Origin: an uncultured Bacteroidaceae bacterium
Lineage (GTDB): Bacteria; Bacteroidota; Bacteroidia; Bacteroidales; GCA-2748055
Direction of reading: 5' to 3'
Length of the DNA: 64,000 bases
Assembly (NCBI GenBank): GCA_964406495.1
Contig: CAYOSB010000001.1
Location: 716 to 64,715, forward strand
The notes under the pieces were generated by a model that searched no databases, was not told the origin of the DNA, and saw only the letters and a list, made by a program, of their open reading frames with translations. A program made the translations under genes and the position numbers. Position 1 is the first letter of the stretch. Every line of letters begins with the position of its first letter. Shown piece after piece: positions 8,283-17,806 of this stretch.

Positions 8283-10199
8283 TTACCAACCCGGATTCTG
8301 CACCAGGTTTGAGTTAATAATCATTTCATCCATCGGTATGGGATGCTGGTAATCGCGCGGCGTAATGAATGAGCGCTGTCCCACATCCCTGACTACATAA
8401 AATTTATTGATTGCGCTCTCATCGACACTCCATCCTTTCACCGGTTCGGCAAAATATTTCGCTCCTTCCTTCCATCTGCGCACATCATAATAGCGGTTGC
8501 CTTCAAAAGCCAGCTCAATGGATCGTTCCTGCCGGATGATCTCGCGCAGTCCCTCTTTGGTGGTGTGTTTATCCACGGTCTTTGCCAGGGTGGGATCGGA
8601 CCATACCTCTTCTACATCCGGTACAAATGAGCGCGACCGCACCCGGTTCAGTGCGTCGTACACCTCCTGTGAGGGCCCGCTGAATTCATTGAGCGCCTCT
8701 GCATAGTTCAGCCATAGTTCAGCGAACCTGATGGTGGGCCAGGGATAGACTACCAGGGTGCTGTACTCCTCACCTATGGAGGAGGGATGACAGATCTTTT
8801 TCAGCACATACCCGGTAATTACATAATCATTCGATTGTGCTCTGCGTCCATGGTCCTCACCTTTTTTCATTTGCAAATCCCACTTTGTCCCCCAGGTGCG
8901 GTATATGCCCCTGTCAAATCCTATGGAAGCATAGAACCTTGGCTCCCTGTCGAGATGCAGATTGGCAGTCACCTCTCCTTCCTGTGCGTGAAGTGCTTCA
9001 TCGGGAGGTACTACCGTAAGTGTATATCGACGGTCGTATAAAAAGGTCAGGTCCTCTTCAATGGGCAGACCGTTTTTCGTATAATAGCGCTCGGCCATCT
9101 GCAGGGTAGGTGACACCCACTGCCATGCGCCGTAATTCGAGGAAGCATCCGGACCTATCATCATCGCAGCTGCCTGGAGGGTCCACCATTCGCCGTCGTC
9201 CACCGGCTTGGAGTGGCCCCAGATCAGTTCCCGGTTCCACTTGTCCGTAAACATATACCGGTAATTGTACAATGCCTTCACCTCATCCTCCTGGTAGGCG
9301 GCAGAATCAAAACCGGGCACTACATCATTGTAGGTATACATTTCCACCCCGCTTGCAAGGGCCATATCGATCGCCTCTTTGGCTGCATCTGCAGCGATCT
9401 GCCATTTCTCCGGATCATATTCAGTATTGAAGAATTTTTCGCCGTCGGCATTGGTGAAAGTCTCGTAAAATTCCGAGTTTCCATTATACAGCGGACTTGC
9501 GGCATATAACAGCACCCTGGATTTTATGGCTGCAGCAATGACCTGGTCGACCCTGCCCAATTCATTATTGTTGGTATACCGCTCGGGAAGATCCATCATG
9601 GCCGTGTTGATCTTGGCCACCACGTATGCAAATACATCGTCAACTTTTTCCTGTTGTACACGCACCTCGTCGACGTCCGCAGAAATCGCCATGTTCCTGT
9701 CGACGATCGGGATGGGACCGTATTGCCGCAAGAGCAGGAAATGGTAATAGGCCTTCAGGAAAACCACCTCGGCTTTCCAGGTTGCCTTTTCATTCTCGGT
9801 CATATCCAGTACCGCGTCGATATTCTCAATGAAAATATTGCAGTTGCGAATCGCCCGGAACAGTGATTCCTGGCTTCTTCCGTAGGCAAAATGCCCGGCC
9901 CAGTAACCCATCAGCGGACTGGCAGAGGATTGCTTCCCACGCATCATCTCCACGCCTGGGGTCTCCTGCGGAATGGGTGTGGTCAGTTCATCGGAAGCAA
10001 ATGCATAGGTGGAATACACCCCGTCATCCTGCGGCAGGTATTGGTAGCAGGTGGCAAGCGCCTTGTAGGCTGCATCCTTTCTTTCAAACAGGAGTTCCAG
10101 TTCCTGTGTCTTGTCTGGTACAATGTCCAGGTAGCTGTCACAAGAGGTTGACAGTCCGGTGAGGAGTATTGCTAATATATATATGATTGTCTTCTGCAT
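8283..10199 (-). CDS. susD: SusD/RagB-family nutrient-binding outer-membrane lipoprotein (PUL-A)
   Basis: Lipoprotein signal ILLTGLSTSCDSYLD. It is 638 aa and lies directly downstream of a SusC-type gene. It has the typical SusD C-terminal region (ELAFEGNRYYDVRRW). Confidence 0.9.
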   Translation of the reverse strand: MQKTIIYILAILLTGLSTSCDSYLDIVPDKTQELELLFERKDAAYKALATCYQYLPQDDGVYSTYAFASDELTTPIPQETPGVEMMRGKQSSASPLMGYWAGHFAYGRSQESLFRAIRNCNIFIENIDAVLDMTENEKATWKAEVVFLKAYYHFLLLRQYGPIPIVDRNMAISADVDEVRVQQEKVDDVFAYVVAKINTAMMDLPERYTNNNELGRVDQVIAAAIKSRVLLYAASPLYNGNSEFYETFTNADGEKFFNTEYDPEKWQIAADAAKEAIDMALASGVEMYTYNDVVPGFDSAAYQEDEVKALYNYRYMFTDKWNRELIWGHSKPVDDGEWWTLQAAAMMIGPDASSNYGAWQWVSPTLQMAERYYTKNGLPIEEDLTFLYDRRYTLTVVPPDEALHAQEGEVTANLHLDREPRFYASIGFDRGIYRTWGTKWDLQMKKGEDHGRRAQSNDYVITGYVLKKICHPSSIGEEYSTLVVYPWPTIRFAELWLNYAEALNEFSGPSQEVYDALNRVRSRSFVPDVEEVWSDPTLAKTVDKHTTKEGLREIIRQERSIELAFEGNRYYDVRRWKEGAKYFAEPVKGWSVDESAINKFYVVRDVGQRSFITPRDYQHPIPMDEMIINSNLVQNPGW

Positions 10200-10218
10200 A
10201 ACTGTTATTGTTAGATCT

Positions 10219-13200
10219 TTAGAAACTTATCTGTGCACCAACATTGAACACCTGCTGCGTCGGATACCCGAGCCCGTTACCGGCCATCTCCGGGTCCCAT
10301 AGTTTGAACTTGCTGAAATGTATAAGATTCACTCCATTTACATAAAAACGTGCCTTGTCCACATTGATCCGCTGGATTACCCTTCGGGGAAGGGTATATC
10401 CGAATTCAACATTCTTCAGTCTCAGGAAAGAACCGTTGCGGATCCACCAGGTAGACCGGTGGTCGTTGTTCTGGACCGATCGGGTGGAGAGCCTCGGCCA
10501 GAAGGCATAGGGATCGGGGTTATCGACCGACCAGTGATTTTCCGCAATGATATCGAGCGCATTTCGCTCATTGATGAATGGCGCGATGGTTGCAGGATCG
10601 ATAAAAAAGGATTCACGGCCGATGCCCTGGAAAAAGAAGGAAAGGTCGAAACCCTTGAAACCCGATGAGATCCCGAATCCATATACGATCTCGGGAATGG
10701 TCGGGTAACCGATCGGCACCCGGTCCAGGTCATCAATGCGGCCATCTTCGTTGATGTCCACATACTTGATATCACCCGCAAGGTACGCCAGGTCAGATCC
10801 TTCTGTGGGCTGGTTGAACTGTGTGGGTGAATTCAATACCTCTGCCTGGTCAACGAACAACCGCTCAGCCACCAGTCCCCACTCCTGGTTGATGGGATGC
10901 CCGATGCGGCTCAGGTAATCATACGCATAATTGGGTTCACCATTTTTCAGAACCTCGTTGGTTGCGTAGGTGAAATTGGCACGCCCGGTCATCCAGAAAT
11001 CGTTGGTAAAAAACTGCTGGTAATCTATGGATGCATCTACGCCGTGGGAATAGGCCTCACCTATATTACTGCTGATACTCGAAGTAAGGCCCATAGTCAA
11101 CGGTGTATACTCCCGTACCATATAGATGTTGGTACGGTGCTCCGTGAAATAATCTGCCTGCAGGTTGATGCTTTTAAAGAGTTCCAGTTCAATCCCGTAG
11201 TTGGCTTTTCGTGAGACTTCCCAGGTGACAGCCGGGTTGGGGTACCGGTTGATCACAAAGCCTGGATAGTAAACACCAAAATCTTCGCCAAAAGTGTATC
11301 CCCTGGACCCGTCAGTCAGGTTCACATCGGAGAGATAAAAGAACCTGTCACTGGGATCCGAGATGGCATCGTTCCCCACCAGTCCGTAGGTGGCTTTCAT
11401 CTTCAGGTTGGAGATCATAGGTTTCAGGGAGCTGAAAAATGCTTCATTGGATACCACCCAGCCGATTCCTGCGGATGGGAAAAAGCCATAACGGTGGTTT
11501 TCGGCAAATTTTTCAGAGCCATTGTACCCGAAATTAAACTCGGTAAGGTACCTGCCGTCAAATGCATAGGTAAACCTACCGGAAAGACCCAGGTTTCTCG
11601 ATGGAAGGGTGGAATAGGTTGTGCTGCCTGCAATGGTGTTGAGTGATTCTTTCCTGGTGAATACCAGCAGGCCGCCAAGATCATGTCTTTCGCCGAAGGA
11701 GCGGTTGTATTGTGCGATCATCTCAAAATAGAAACTGCTGTTGGCCTGGTTGCTGATGCTCGGATCATTCAGGAATTCTGTCCCTTCCTGTATCTGGTAC
11801 AACGAATGCTCGACACCCAGGTCAGTATTCAGTTCCGAGAGTCCGTAATAAAAAGGTGTGAAAGCTCTTGCACTCTGGTTCATGCTGTAGGACCGGATCG
11901 AAGCCATTCCCCGGAACTCAAGTCCCTCGGTAATAAAATCCAGGTCCTGCAACAATTGCACCTGTGACAAAATGGTGGAGGTAAACCTGTCGCGGTACCC
12001 GCGGACCATATCCGAATAGGGATTGGGGAACCCGCCGTTCCCTTTGTTTCCGAACAAGGTATGGTTCAGGAACTGTGTCGATTCATCCTTTTCAAAATAC
12101 ATGGGAAAATTGACAGGGTTCGCCTGCATTACTGATGCATAAATGGAATTTGCATCGTCCACCGGACCATTGTAGCGATCAAACAATGAATAGAATTTCA
12201 CAGCCACTTCAGTGGTCTTAGTAATATTCATATTCACATTGGCCCGCAGGTTATAACGGTTGATGTCAATGTTATTGTTAAAATTATTGAGATCATCCAC
12301 CTTTAATAAGCCTTTCTCATTGTTGTAGGAAACTGCCAGGTAATACTGGGCGATCTCTCCCCCACCCGAGATATTCATATTGGCCTTCCGGTTCATCACC
12401 GACTGGCGGAACAGCTCGTTGTACCAATCTACATTCGGGTAGACCATGGGATCGAGCCCGGACCTGGTGCCTTCGATCTTATTCTTGGAATAATGCAGCA
12501 ATGCACCTGCATCCCTTGTCCTCAGCGCCCTGTTGTAGAGCTCCATGTACGATACGCCGTCAAGAAACTCATTGGTCATGGTAGGCGAGGAAACGGAGTT
12601 TTCCACCCTGACAGATACCTGGGCCTTCCCGACCCTTCCCTCTTTCGTGGTGACCAGGATGACACCGTTGGCACCTCGGGCACCATACAGGGCAGTGGCC
12701 GTTGCATCTTTCATTATAGAAAAACTGGCAATATTATCAGGCTCGATCCGCGCCAGGTCATTGGCAGTGACCTCCAGTCCGTCAATCAGGATCAGCGGAT
12801 CATTCTTGTATCCAAATGAGGTAACGCCGCGGACAAAGAACTCTGCATTGTCCTGCCCGGGTTCACCGGATCGCTGGTAGGAAATGACCCCGGCCATTCG
12901 TCCGGCCAGCGCTGTGGTAAGATTCGTCGGGGGAAGCTTCAGCTCGGAAGGATTGATGGTGTTGATCGATGCGATCACGCTCTCTTTCTTTTGCTTCTGG
13001 AATGCCACCACCTGCACCTCTTCGAGCTGCTCCTGGGCGGGCTTAAGGATCACGTTGATCGTCTGGTTGGATCCTACCTCCCTGCGCTCGGTCTGAAATC
13101 CGATGAATGAATAGATCAGGGTATCGGATGGGGAAAGGTTGGTGATCGCATATTTGCCGTCGATGGTGGTTATTGATCCCGTTGATGCTCCCGGTGTCCT

Positions 13201-13335
13201 GATCGTCACCCCTGGCAAAGGAACACCTTCCTGGTCGATCACCACGCCTGTAATGGTAATCGACTGGGCAAATAATGCAGGTGTCCAGCCAATGGCCCAG
13301 GTCATCATGATTAATGTAAGAATACGCTTTGTCAT
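10219..13335 (-). CDS. susC: SusC/RagA-family TonB-linked outer-membrane transporter (PUL-A)
   Basis: Signal peptide, then a carboxypeptidase-regulatory-like domain (ITITGVVIDQEGVPLPGVTI) and a plug region (SFSIMKDATATALYGARGANGVILVTTK). It is 1038 aa with a C-terminal Phe (GAQISF). Confidence 0.92.
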   Translation of the reverse strand: MTKRILTLIMMTWAIGWTPALFAQSITITGVVIDQEGVPLPGVTIRTPGASTGSITTIDGKYAITNLSPSDTLIYSFIGFQTERREVGSNQTINVILKPAQEQLEEVQVVAFQKQKKESVIASINTINPSELKLPPTNLTTALAGRMAGVISYQRSGEPGQDNAEFFVRGVTSFGYKNDPLILIDGLEVTANDLARIEPDNIASFSIMKDATATALYGARGANGVILVTTKEGRVGKAQVSVRVENSVSSPTMTNEFLDGVSYMELYNRALRTRDAGALLHYSKNKIEGTRSGLDPMVYPNVDWYNELFRQSVMNRKANMNISGGGEIAQYYLAVSYNNEKGLLKVDDLNNFNNNIDINRYNLRANVNMNITKTTEVAVKFYSLFDRYNGPVDDANSIYASVMQANPVNFPMYFEKDESTQFLNHTLFGNKGNGGFPNPYSDMVRGYRDRFTSTILSQVQLLQDLDFITEGLEFRGMASIRSYSMNQSARAFTPFYYGLSELNTDLGVEHSLYQIQEGTEFLNDPSISNQANSSFYFEMIAQYNRSFGERHDLGGLLVFTRKESLNTIAGSTTYSTLPSRNLGLSGRFTYAFDGRYLTEFNFGYNGSEKFAENHRYGFFPSAGIGWVVSNEAFFSSLKPMISNLKMKATYGLVGNDAISDPSDRFFYLSDVNLTDGSRGYTFGEDFGVYYPGFVINRYPNPAVTWEVSRKANYGIELELFKSINLQADYFTEHRTNIYMVREYTPLTMGLTSSISSNIGEAYSHGVDASIDYQQFFTNDFWMTGRANFTYATNEVLKNGEPNYAYDYLSRIGHPINQEWGLVAERLFVDQAEVLNSPTQFNQPTEGSDLAYLAGDIKYVDINEDGRIDDLDRVPIGYPTIPEIVYGFGISSGFKGFDLSFFFQGIGRESFFIDPATIAPFINERNALDIIAENHWSVDNPDPYAFWPRLSTRSVQNNDHRSTWWIRNGSFLRLKNVEFGYTLPRRVIQRINVDKARFYVNGVNLIHFSKFKLWDPEMAGNGLGYPTQQVFNVGAQISF

Positions 13336-13339
13336 AGTA

Positions 13340-16042
13340 TTAGTTTATCAGTAGTTTTTGGCTTGAATAGTAAAACTGGTCTCTGAGAACCAGGAAATAC
13401 AATCCCGCAGGATAGCTGCTGGTGTCAATGCGGCAAATCTCTGAACGAAGCTCCGCGTTCCAAACTTCCCTTCCCGAATTATCGAACAGCTGGATCTTTC
13501 CACTATTCGGGTCCAATGCCCTGAGGTCGATATGTGCAAAATCATCCGCCGGGTTGGGATAGACCGCAGGCGAGTGACGATGTCCTGCCAGTCGCACATT
13601 GCTGATCAGACTGAATTCCAGCCAATTCAGATTGAATTCTCCCGAAACAGACCTGATCCTGAACCGGTATTTGCCTGCCGGAAGATGTATGGAAGTGGGC
13701 TGGGTCTGCCAGGTCTGCCACCCCCCGGTTTGCCTCAGGTTAATTGTTTTCCCATCGTTAAAACTTCCCCCATGGTCATGTGCAATATACACCTGGGCGT
13801 TACCATTTTGCAGGGCGACCCTGTTATCCAGCTGGTACAACCCGGATTGAGGAACGTGTATCACGTACTCCAGGTAATCGCCCGGATTGGCATACCCTGT
13901 ATTCTGTCCGCCGCCTTCATCGAGGCAGTCTTCAAGCTCCATTCCAACGTTGGTAAAGAAGTCTTCCGCCTCAACTCTTCCGGGAATATTAAGGAACGGG
14001 GCTATTTGGTTCACCACTTCCAATTTGTTGAATGGAGGCAGGGGCTTGGTATCGTGACTGATCCCCTGCCCGGTATAGGAAACGTTTACCTGGTCACCGG
14101 GTGCAATAAGGGCGCTGATGCCGAGTGTGATCACCCTGTTGCCTGGGTCGAACGAAACAGATGTAACAGGTACCAGCGAATTATTTATGTATAACGCGAA
14201 ATCATCCGCCGATGCTTCCTTGGTTGTAGCCTCCCTGTTCAGGTGCAAGCTTACCGTATTATAGATTCCTGAGGTCGCAGCATACACCATTTTAAGCGCA
14301 GCTTCCGAGGAATTCCTGAAATTTTTAAATCTGAGGTAACTGAAGTTTACACCTCCTTTTGGAAATTTCACTTTCAGGCGGATCTCACCCGCTGGAAGCA
14401 GGATGTCCTCCACAGTTGTCGTGCGCCAGTTGTCCCATCCTCCCGTTGCAGGAAGGTAGATATTGCCGCTGATAAAATGACCATTGGCTTCCAGTAAAGC
14501 TTGTCCGCCTGAAGCTCCGGACGAAGCCCTTATCTCCACGTCAACCAGCCGTTCATGCTCGTTTTGAATGAGATACACGAGCCATTCCCCATCCTCAATC
14601 CAGCCCACATTGAATCCATTTGTGGAATCCGCATCGGTACACTCCTGGATATCCACCCCATCATTCCGGTATTGCCAGCCTTTATTCCACGGAGTATATT
14701 CATCTGTACTGAAGGCATAATTGGCAGTATCATGATCGAAATAGGCATATCCGTTCCTTCCCAACGCATAGTCGGTGGCAAAGATGTGGTTGGTGACTGA
14801 AAATTCCTTGTAGGGCTGGAGTTCGGTGGTATGTGGCTGGCGGATCATGGCATCGATCACATCCCACTGGATCACGCAATTTTCGAACCTGTGGTTTTCG
14901 GCAAACTGCATCACCGCAGCAAACGCTTCATCTGCTGAAGGTTTCGTGGCATTTCCCCGCCACGAATCGATGAGCCTGGTATAGCCAGGATTCACATTCA
15001 CGCGTAAAATGTTATTCAGACCCGGTTTTTTAACCGGCCACCATGACCAGCCGATCTGCTCCTGTTCGCAAAGTGCGATCAGGTTGGTAAACCAGGTATT
15101 GCTGTTCTCACCGCTTTCCCCAAGCCATAGTGGTACGTTGTACTGGTCACGGATCCACGTGGCATAATCGAGCGATCCGGGACCGTTGAAGGTCCAGTAT
15201 TTGTGAAAACTATATACCAGGTTGTCGTCCCAGGGGGGAGTCAGACCCGAAAAATCATTGGCAAACCAGTTTCCTTCGATATAGATAATATGGTGCTGAT
15301 CCACCTGCCTGATCGTGTCGGTGATCCGCTCATAGATTGACCGAAGCTGGCTGTTGTTTCCTTCCGGGAAGGTCCAGTTGGTCTCGTTGATGAGATCATA
15401 TCCCCCTACCCATGGTTCATCGCGGTAGCGTTCCGCAATCTTGCGCCAGAGGGCGACCAGCTTGGTCTTGTTGGCTTCGCTCTCCCAGAGGGAGGGTTTG
15501 GTTTCGTCGTAATCGGAAATATCTGCGTTGGCACCCTGTCCGCCAGGTGCACCATGCATATCGAAAATAACGTACATTTCGTTGTCGCTGCACCACTTCA
15601 CCAGCGAATCGGTGAGATTGAACCCTGTTTCCAGCCAGGTATGTTCACCCGGAACCGGTTCCTCCTCGATGGGCAGGGTGAACCACTTGTAATGGAGTGC
15701 AGGCCGCACCGCATTAAATCCCCATGCCGCCATGGAATCCACATCCCGTTTTGTAAAATGATTTTCAAGCCAGGCATCGTAGAATTGTGCCATGCGTGAT
15801 TCGCCTATGGTTTGTTCAAGTTTTTTCCTGAACTCGTGTTGGGTTCCGGCCACGCCTGCAGTCTGCATCATGTAACCTTCCTGGAGCATCCAGTTGCCGG
15901 TACCGATGCTCCTGATGATAAACGGATCCCCGTTGCCATCCACGATCAGTTTTCCTTCCGCACGCAGGTATCCCTGTGCCGTAAGGATGGCAGATGGAGT
16001 AATGGTCAGAAAAAACAGGAGTATCAGAATCTTTCTCAGCAT
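13340..16042 (-). CDS. Glycoside hydrolase family 5 enzyme with two CBM6-like modules, an Ig-like spacer and T9SS sorting domain
   Basis: Clan GH-A/GH5 motifs are LINETNW (acid/base Glu) and WLGESGEN (nucleophile Glu). CBM6-like modules contain GWIEDGEWLVY...GGWDNWRT and NPGDYLEYVI...GGWQTWQT. The C-terminus is VYPNPADDFAHIDL...GLYFLVL. Confidence 0.8.
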   Translation of the reverse strand: MLRKILILLFFLTITPSAILTAQGYLRAEGKLIVDGNGDPFIIRSIGTGNWMLQEGYMMQTAGVAGTQHEFRKKLEQTIGESRMAQFYDAWLENHFTKRDVDSMAAWGFNAVRPALHYKWFTLPIEEEPVPGEHTWLETGFNLTDSLVKWCSDNEMYVIFDMHGAPGGQGANADISDYDETKPSLWESEANKTKLVALWRKIAERYRDEPWVGGYDLINETNWTFPEGNNSQLRSIYERITDTIRQVDQHHIIYIEGNWFANDFSGLTPPWDDNLVYSFHKYWTFNGPGSLDYATWIRDQYNVPLWLGESGENSNTWFTNLIALCEQEQIGWSWWPVKKPGLNNILRVNVNPGYTRLIDSWRGNATKPSADEAFAAVMQFAENHRFENCVIQWDVIDAMIRQPHTTELQPYKEFSVTNHIFATDYALGRNGYAYFDHDTANYAFSTDEYTPWNKGWQYRNDGVDIQECTDADSTNGFNVGWIEDGEWLVYLIQNEHERLVDVEIRASSGASGGQALLEANGHFISGNIYLPATGGWDNWRTTTVEDILLPAGEIRLKVKFPKGGVNFSYLRFKNFRNSSEAALKMVYAATSGIYNTVSLHLNREATTKEASADDFALYINNSLVPVTSVSFDPGNRVITLGISALIAPGDQVNVSYTGQGISHDTKPLPPFNKLEVVNQIAPFLNIPGRVEAEDFFTNVGMELEDCLDEGGGQNTGYANPGDYLEYVIHVPQSGLYQLDNRVALQNGNAQVYIAHDHGGSFNDGKTINLRQTGGWQTWQTQPTSIHLPAGKYRFRIRSVSGEFNLNWLEFSLISNVRLAGHRHSPAVYPNPADDFAHIDLRALDPNSGKIQLFDNSGREVWNAELRSEICRIDTSSYPAGLYFLVLRDQFYYSSQKLLIN

Positions 16043-16091
16043 ATCGTTCCTCGTTGAATGGGTGTTCTCATTTTGGCGATTTTCATATGAA

Positions 16092-17573
16092 TCAGTCCTG
16101 GTTCAAAACAGTTGTTGAAATCGAATGGGCCGGCAGGGTGAGCGGGATCCCGGTATGGTCGTGCCAGATACTGAATTCCGTATCCCGGTCCGTCATATTC
16201 ATGGTAACCACGGCAATGGAACTGTCCGGATTGATGAATGCGGTAGCCAGGATATCGTCATTATTGGAGGAACAGATGATCCGCCTGGCCCCGGGACGGA
16301 TGAACTTTGAGAAATGTCCCAGGTAGTAATAGGAATTCATATAATGTACCTCACCTGTCCGGGTGTCCCCGATCACAGGGGCATAGCAAAAATTGGCCAC
16401 GTGGTTGGGTCCGCCCGTTTCATCCAGCAATATGTTCCAGTCGATCCACCCGACGGCGTTATTGTTCAGGTCATGGATCAGTGATTCTCCGTAACGTTCT
16501 CCCCACTGCCATTCATCCAGTTTTTCATAATCGAACGGGAATACACATCCCTCGGTGAAGAGGAGTTTCTTATCCGGATAAGCGTCATTCACATGCCTTA
16601 AGTTCTCAAAATGATCACCCGAGTACCAGTGAAAACCGGTTCCCCAGACATACTTCGATGCATCCGGATCGTCATAAACCGTACTTGCACGCTGGTACAT
16701 CACGCCACGATTGTGGTCGTAAACGATCAGCTTATGTTCTGCATAGGGACTCGCCTCAAGTGCCGGTCCCAGGTGGTTCTTCACAAAATCCCGTTCCTCC
16801 TCTGCAGTGTACAGGCACGATTCCCAGGTCTGGGTAGCCATAGGTTCGTTCTGGACAGTGAGTCCCCAGAAGTCAATGCCCTGCTTCTCATATTCCCGGA
16901 AAAATTTCACGTAGTAATTCGCCCAGGATGCGTAATATTCAGGCTTCAGCTTACCTCCCTGCAGCATATTGTTGTTGGTCTTCATCCATGCAGGCGGACT
17001 CCATGGCGAAGCAAGGAGTTTCAGTCCGGATGGCGCAACGGCCATTGCCTGCTTTATCATAGGTATCCTGAATTTCATGTCGGGTTCAATGGAAAAATGT
17101 GCCAGTTCCTTATCGCCCGGGACCTCTGAATAGGCATAACTGGCGCTTGAGAAATCACAGCTGTTGATGTGGGTCCTGCATAGGGTATATCCGATGCCGT
17201 TGATGGGATCGAAATAGGCAGTAAGGATCGCCTCCTGCTGTGTTTCAGGCAATTTATAAAATGTTTCGGCACTTGCATCCGTGATCGCTCCTCCGAATCC
17301 TTCAATTACCTGGAATTGCTTGTTGGGATCAATGATAATGGTGGGAAAATGCTCATCCGGCTGATCATATTCTTCCAGACGTACATTGCCGATCTCCGTC
17401 AGGCGCTGGTCTGTATGCTTTGAAGTTAAGAATTGACGTGCACTGCTGACCTTGTAATTCAGGTCAAGAGCGGATGTTTCCGTCGTCTTTTTACTTTCCG
17501 TGGTCTTACATTGGATCGCCAATACCAGGATGCCCACGACGAACAATGATAAGCCTGCTGCTCTTCTGCTCAT
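16092..17573 (-). CDS. Glycoside hydrolase family 30 (glucosylceramidase-like; probable beta-1,6-glucosidase/glucanase)
   Basis: GH30 motifs are GFGGAITDASAE, LASPWSPPAWMKTNN, LTVQNEP (acid/base) and LLFTEGC (nucleophile). I place the start at the ATG at 17573 (MSRRAAGLSLFVVGILVLAIQC). The track start at 17672 lies upstream of a -7 box. Confidence 0.85.
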   Translation of the reverse strand: MSRRAAGLSLFVVGILVLAIQCKTTESKKTTETSALDLNYKVSSARQFLTSKHTDQRLTEIGNVRLEEYDQPDEHFPTIIIDPNKQFQVIEGFGGAITDASAETFYKLPETQQEAILTAYFDPINGIGYTLCRTHINSCDFSSASYAYSEVPGDKELAHFSIEPDMKFRIPMIKQAMAVAPSGLKLLASPWSPPAWMKTNNNMLQGGKLKPEYYASWANYYVKFFREYEKQGIDFWGLTVQNEPMATQTWESCLYTAEEERDFVKNHLGPALEASPYAEHKLIVYDHNRGVMYQRASTVYDDPDASKYVWGTGFHWYSGDHFENLRHVNDAYPDKKLLFTEGCVFPFDYEKLDEWQWGERYGESLIHDLNNNAVGWIDWNILLDETGGPNHVANFCYAPVIGDTRTGEVHYMNSYYYLGHFSKFIRPGARRIICSSNNDDILATAFINPDSSIAVVTMNMTDRDTEFSIWHDHTGIPLTLPAHSISTTVLNQD

Positions 17574-17599
17574 AATTTTAGTCACATAGTTGATGGAAG

Positions 17600-17607
17600 C
17601 AAAAATA
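17600..17607 (-). promoter_or_regulatory. -7 promoter box TATTTTTG (TAnnTTTG)
   Basis: Plus-strand CAAAAATA, reverse complement TATTTTTG. It is 27 nt upstream of the GH30 ATG at 17573. Confidence 0.5.
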
Positions 17608-17670
17608 TGTTCTGCTATATGCGCTGGCAAGAAAACGCGGCTCTCAAAAATCTGAAGGAAAGTTATTGGC

Positions 17671-17690
17671 ACCTCTCAAAACCTCTCAAA
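17671..17690. promoter_or_regulatory. Perfect tandem 10-bp repeat ACCTCTCAAA x2 (plus partial copy CTCTCAAA at 17641-17648)
   Basis: Read directly from the sequence. On the coding (minus) strand it reads TTTGAGAGGT x2. It lies 64-90 nt upstream of the candidate -7 box of the GH30/PUL-A operon and just downstream of the regulator gene. Confidence 0.5.
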
Positions 17691-17806
17691 GGCATGGTGC
17701 AGCATTGTGATAATAGATATATTATGCTGATTTAGTGTCTGTTAAAGACAAGCTCATCCTGGAATAACCTTTTTTAGAATCATTATAAACAAAAAAATAG
17801 CCCTGT

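Noticed and set aside
13532-14194. 220-aa plus-strand ORF inside the GH5 gene; similar cases at 3836-4510, 20030-20704, 36620-37216, 38757-39335, 7147-7665 and 16611-17129
   Set aside because: All are antisense or out-of-frame to strongly supported genes and lack motifs. I treat them as non-coding shadows.
17574-17672. N-terminal 33-aa extension of the GH30 ORF (track start 17672)
   Set aside because: The extension contains the tandem ACCTCTCAAA repeats and lies upstream of a TATTTTTG -7 box. The ATG at 17573 gives a normal signal peptide (MSRRAAGLSLFVVGILVLAIQC).
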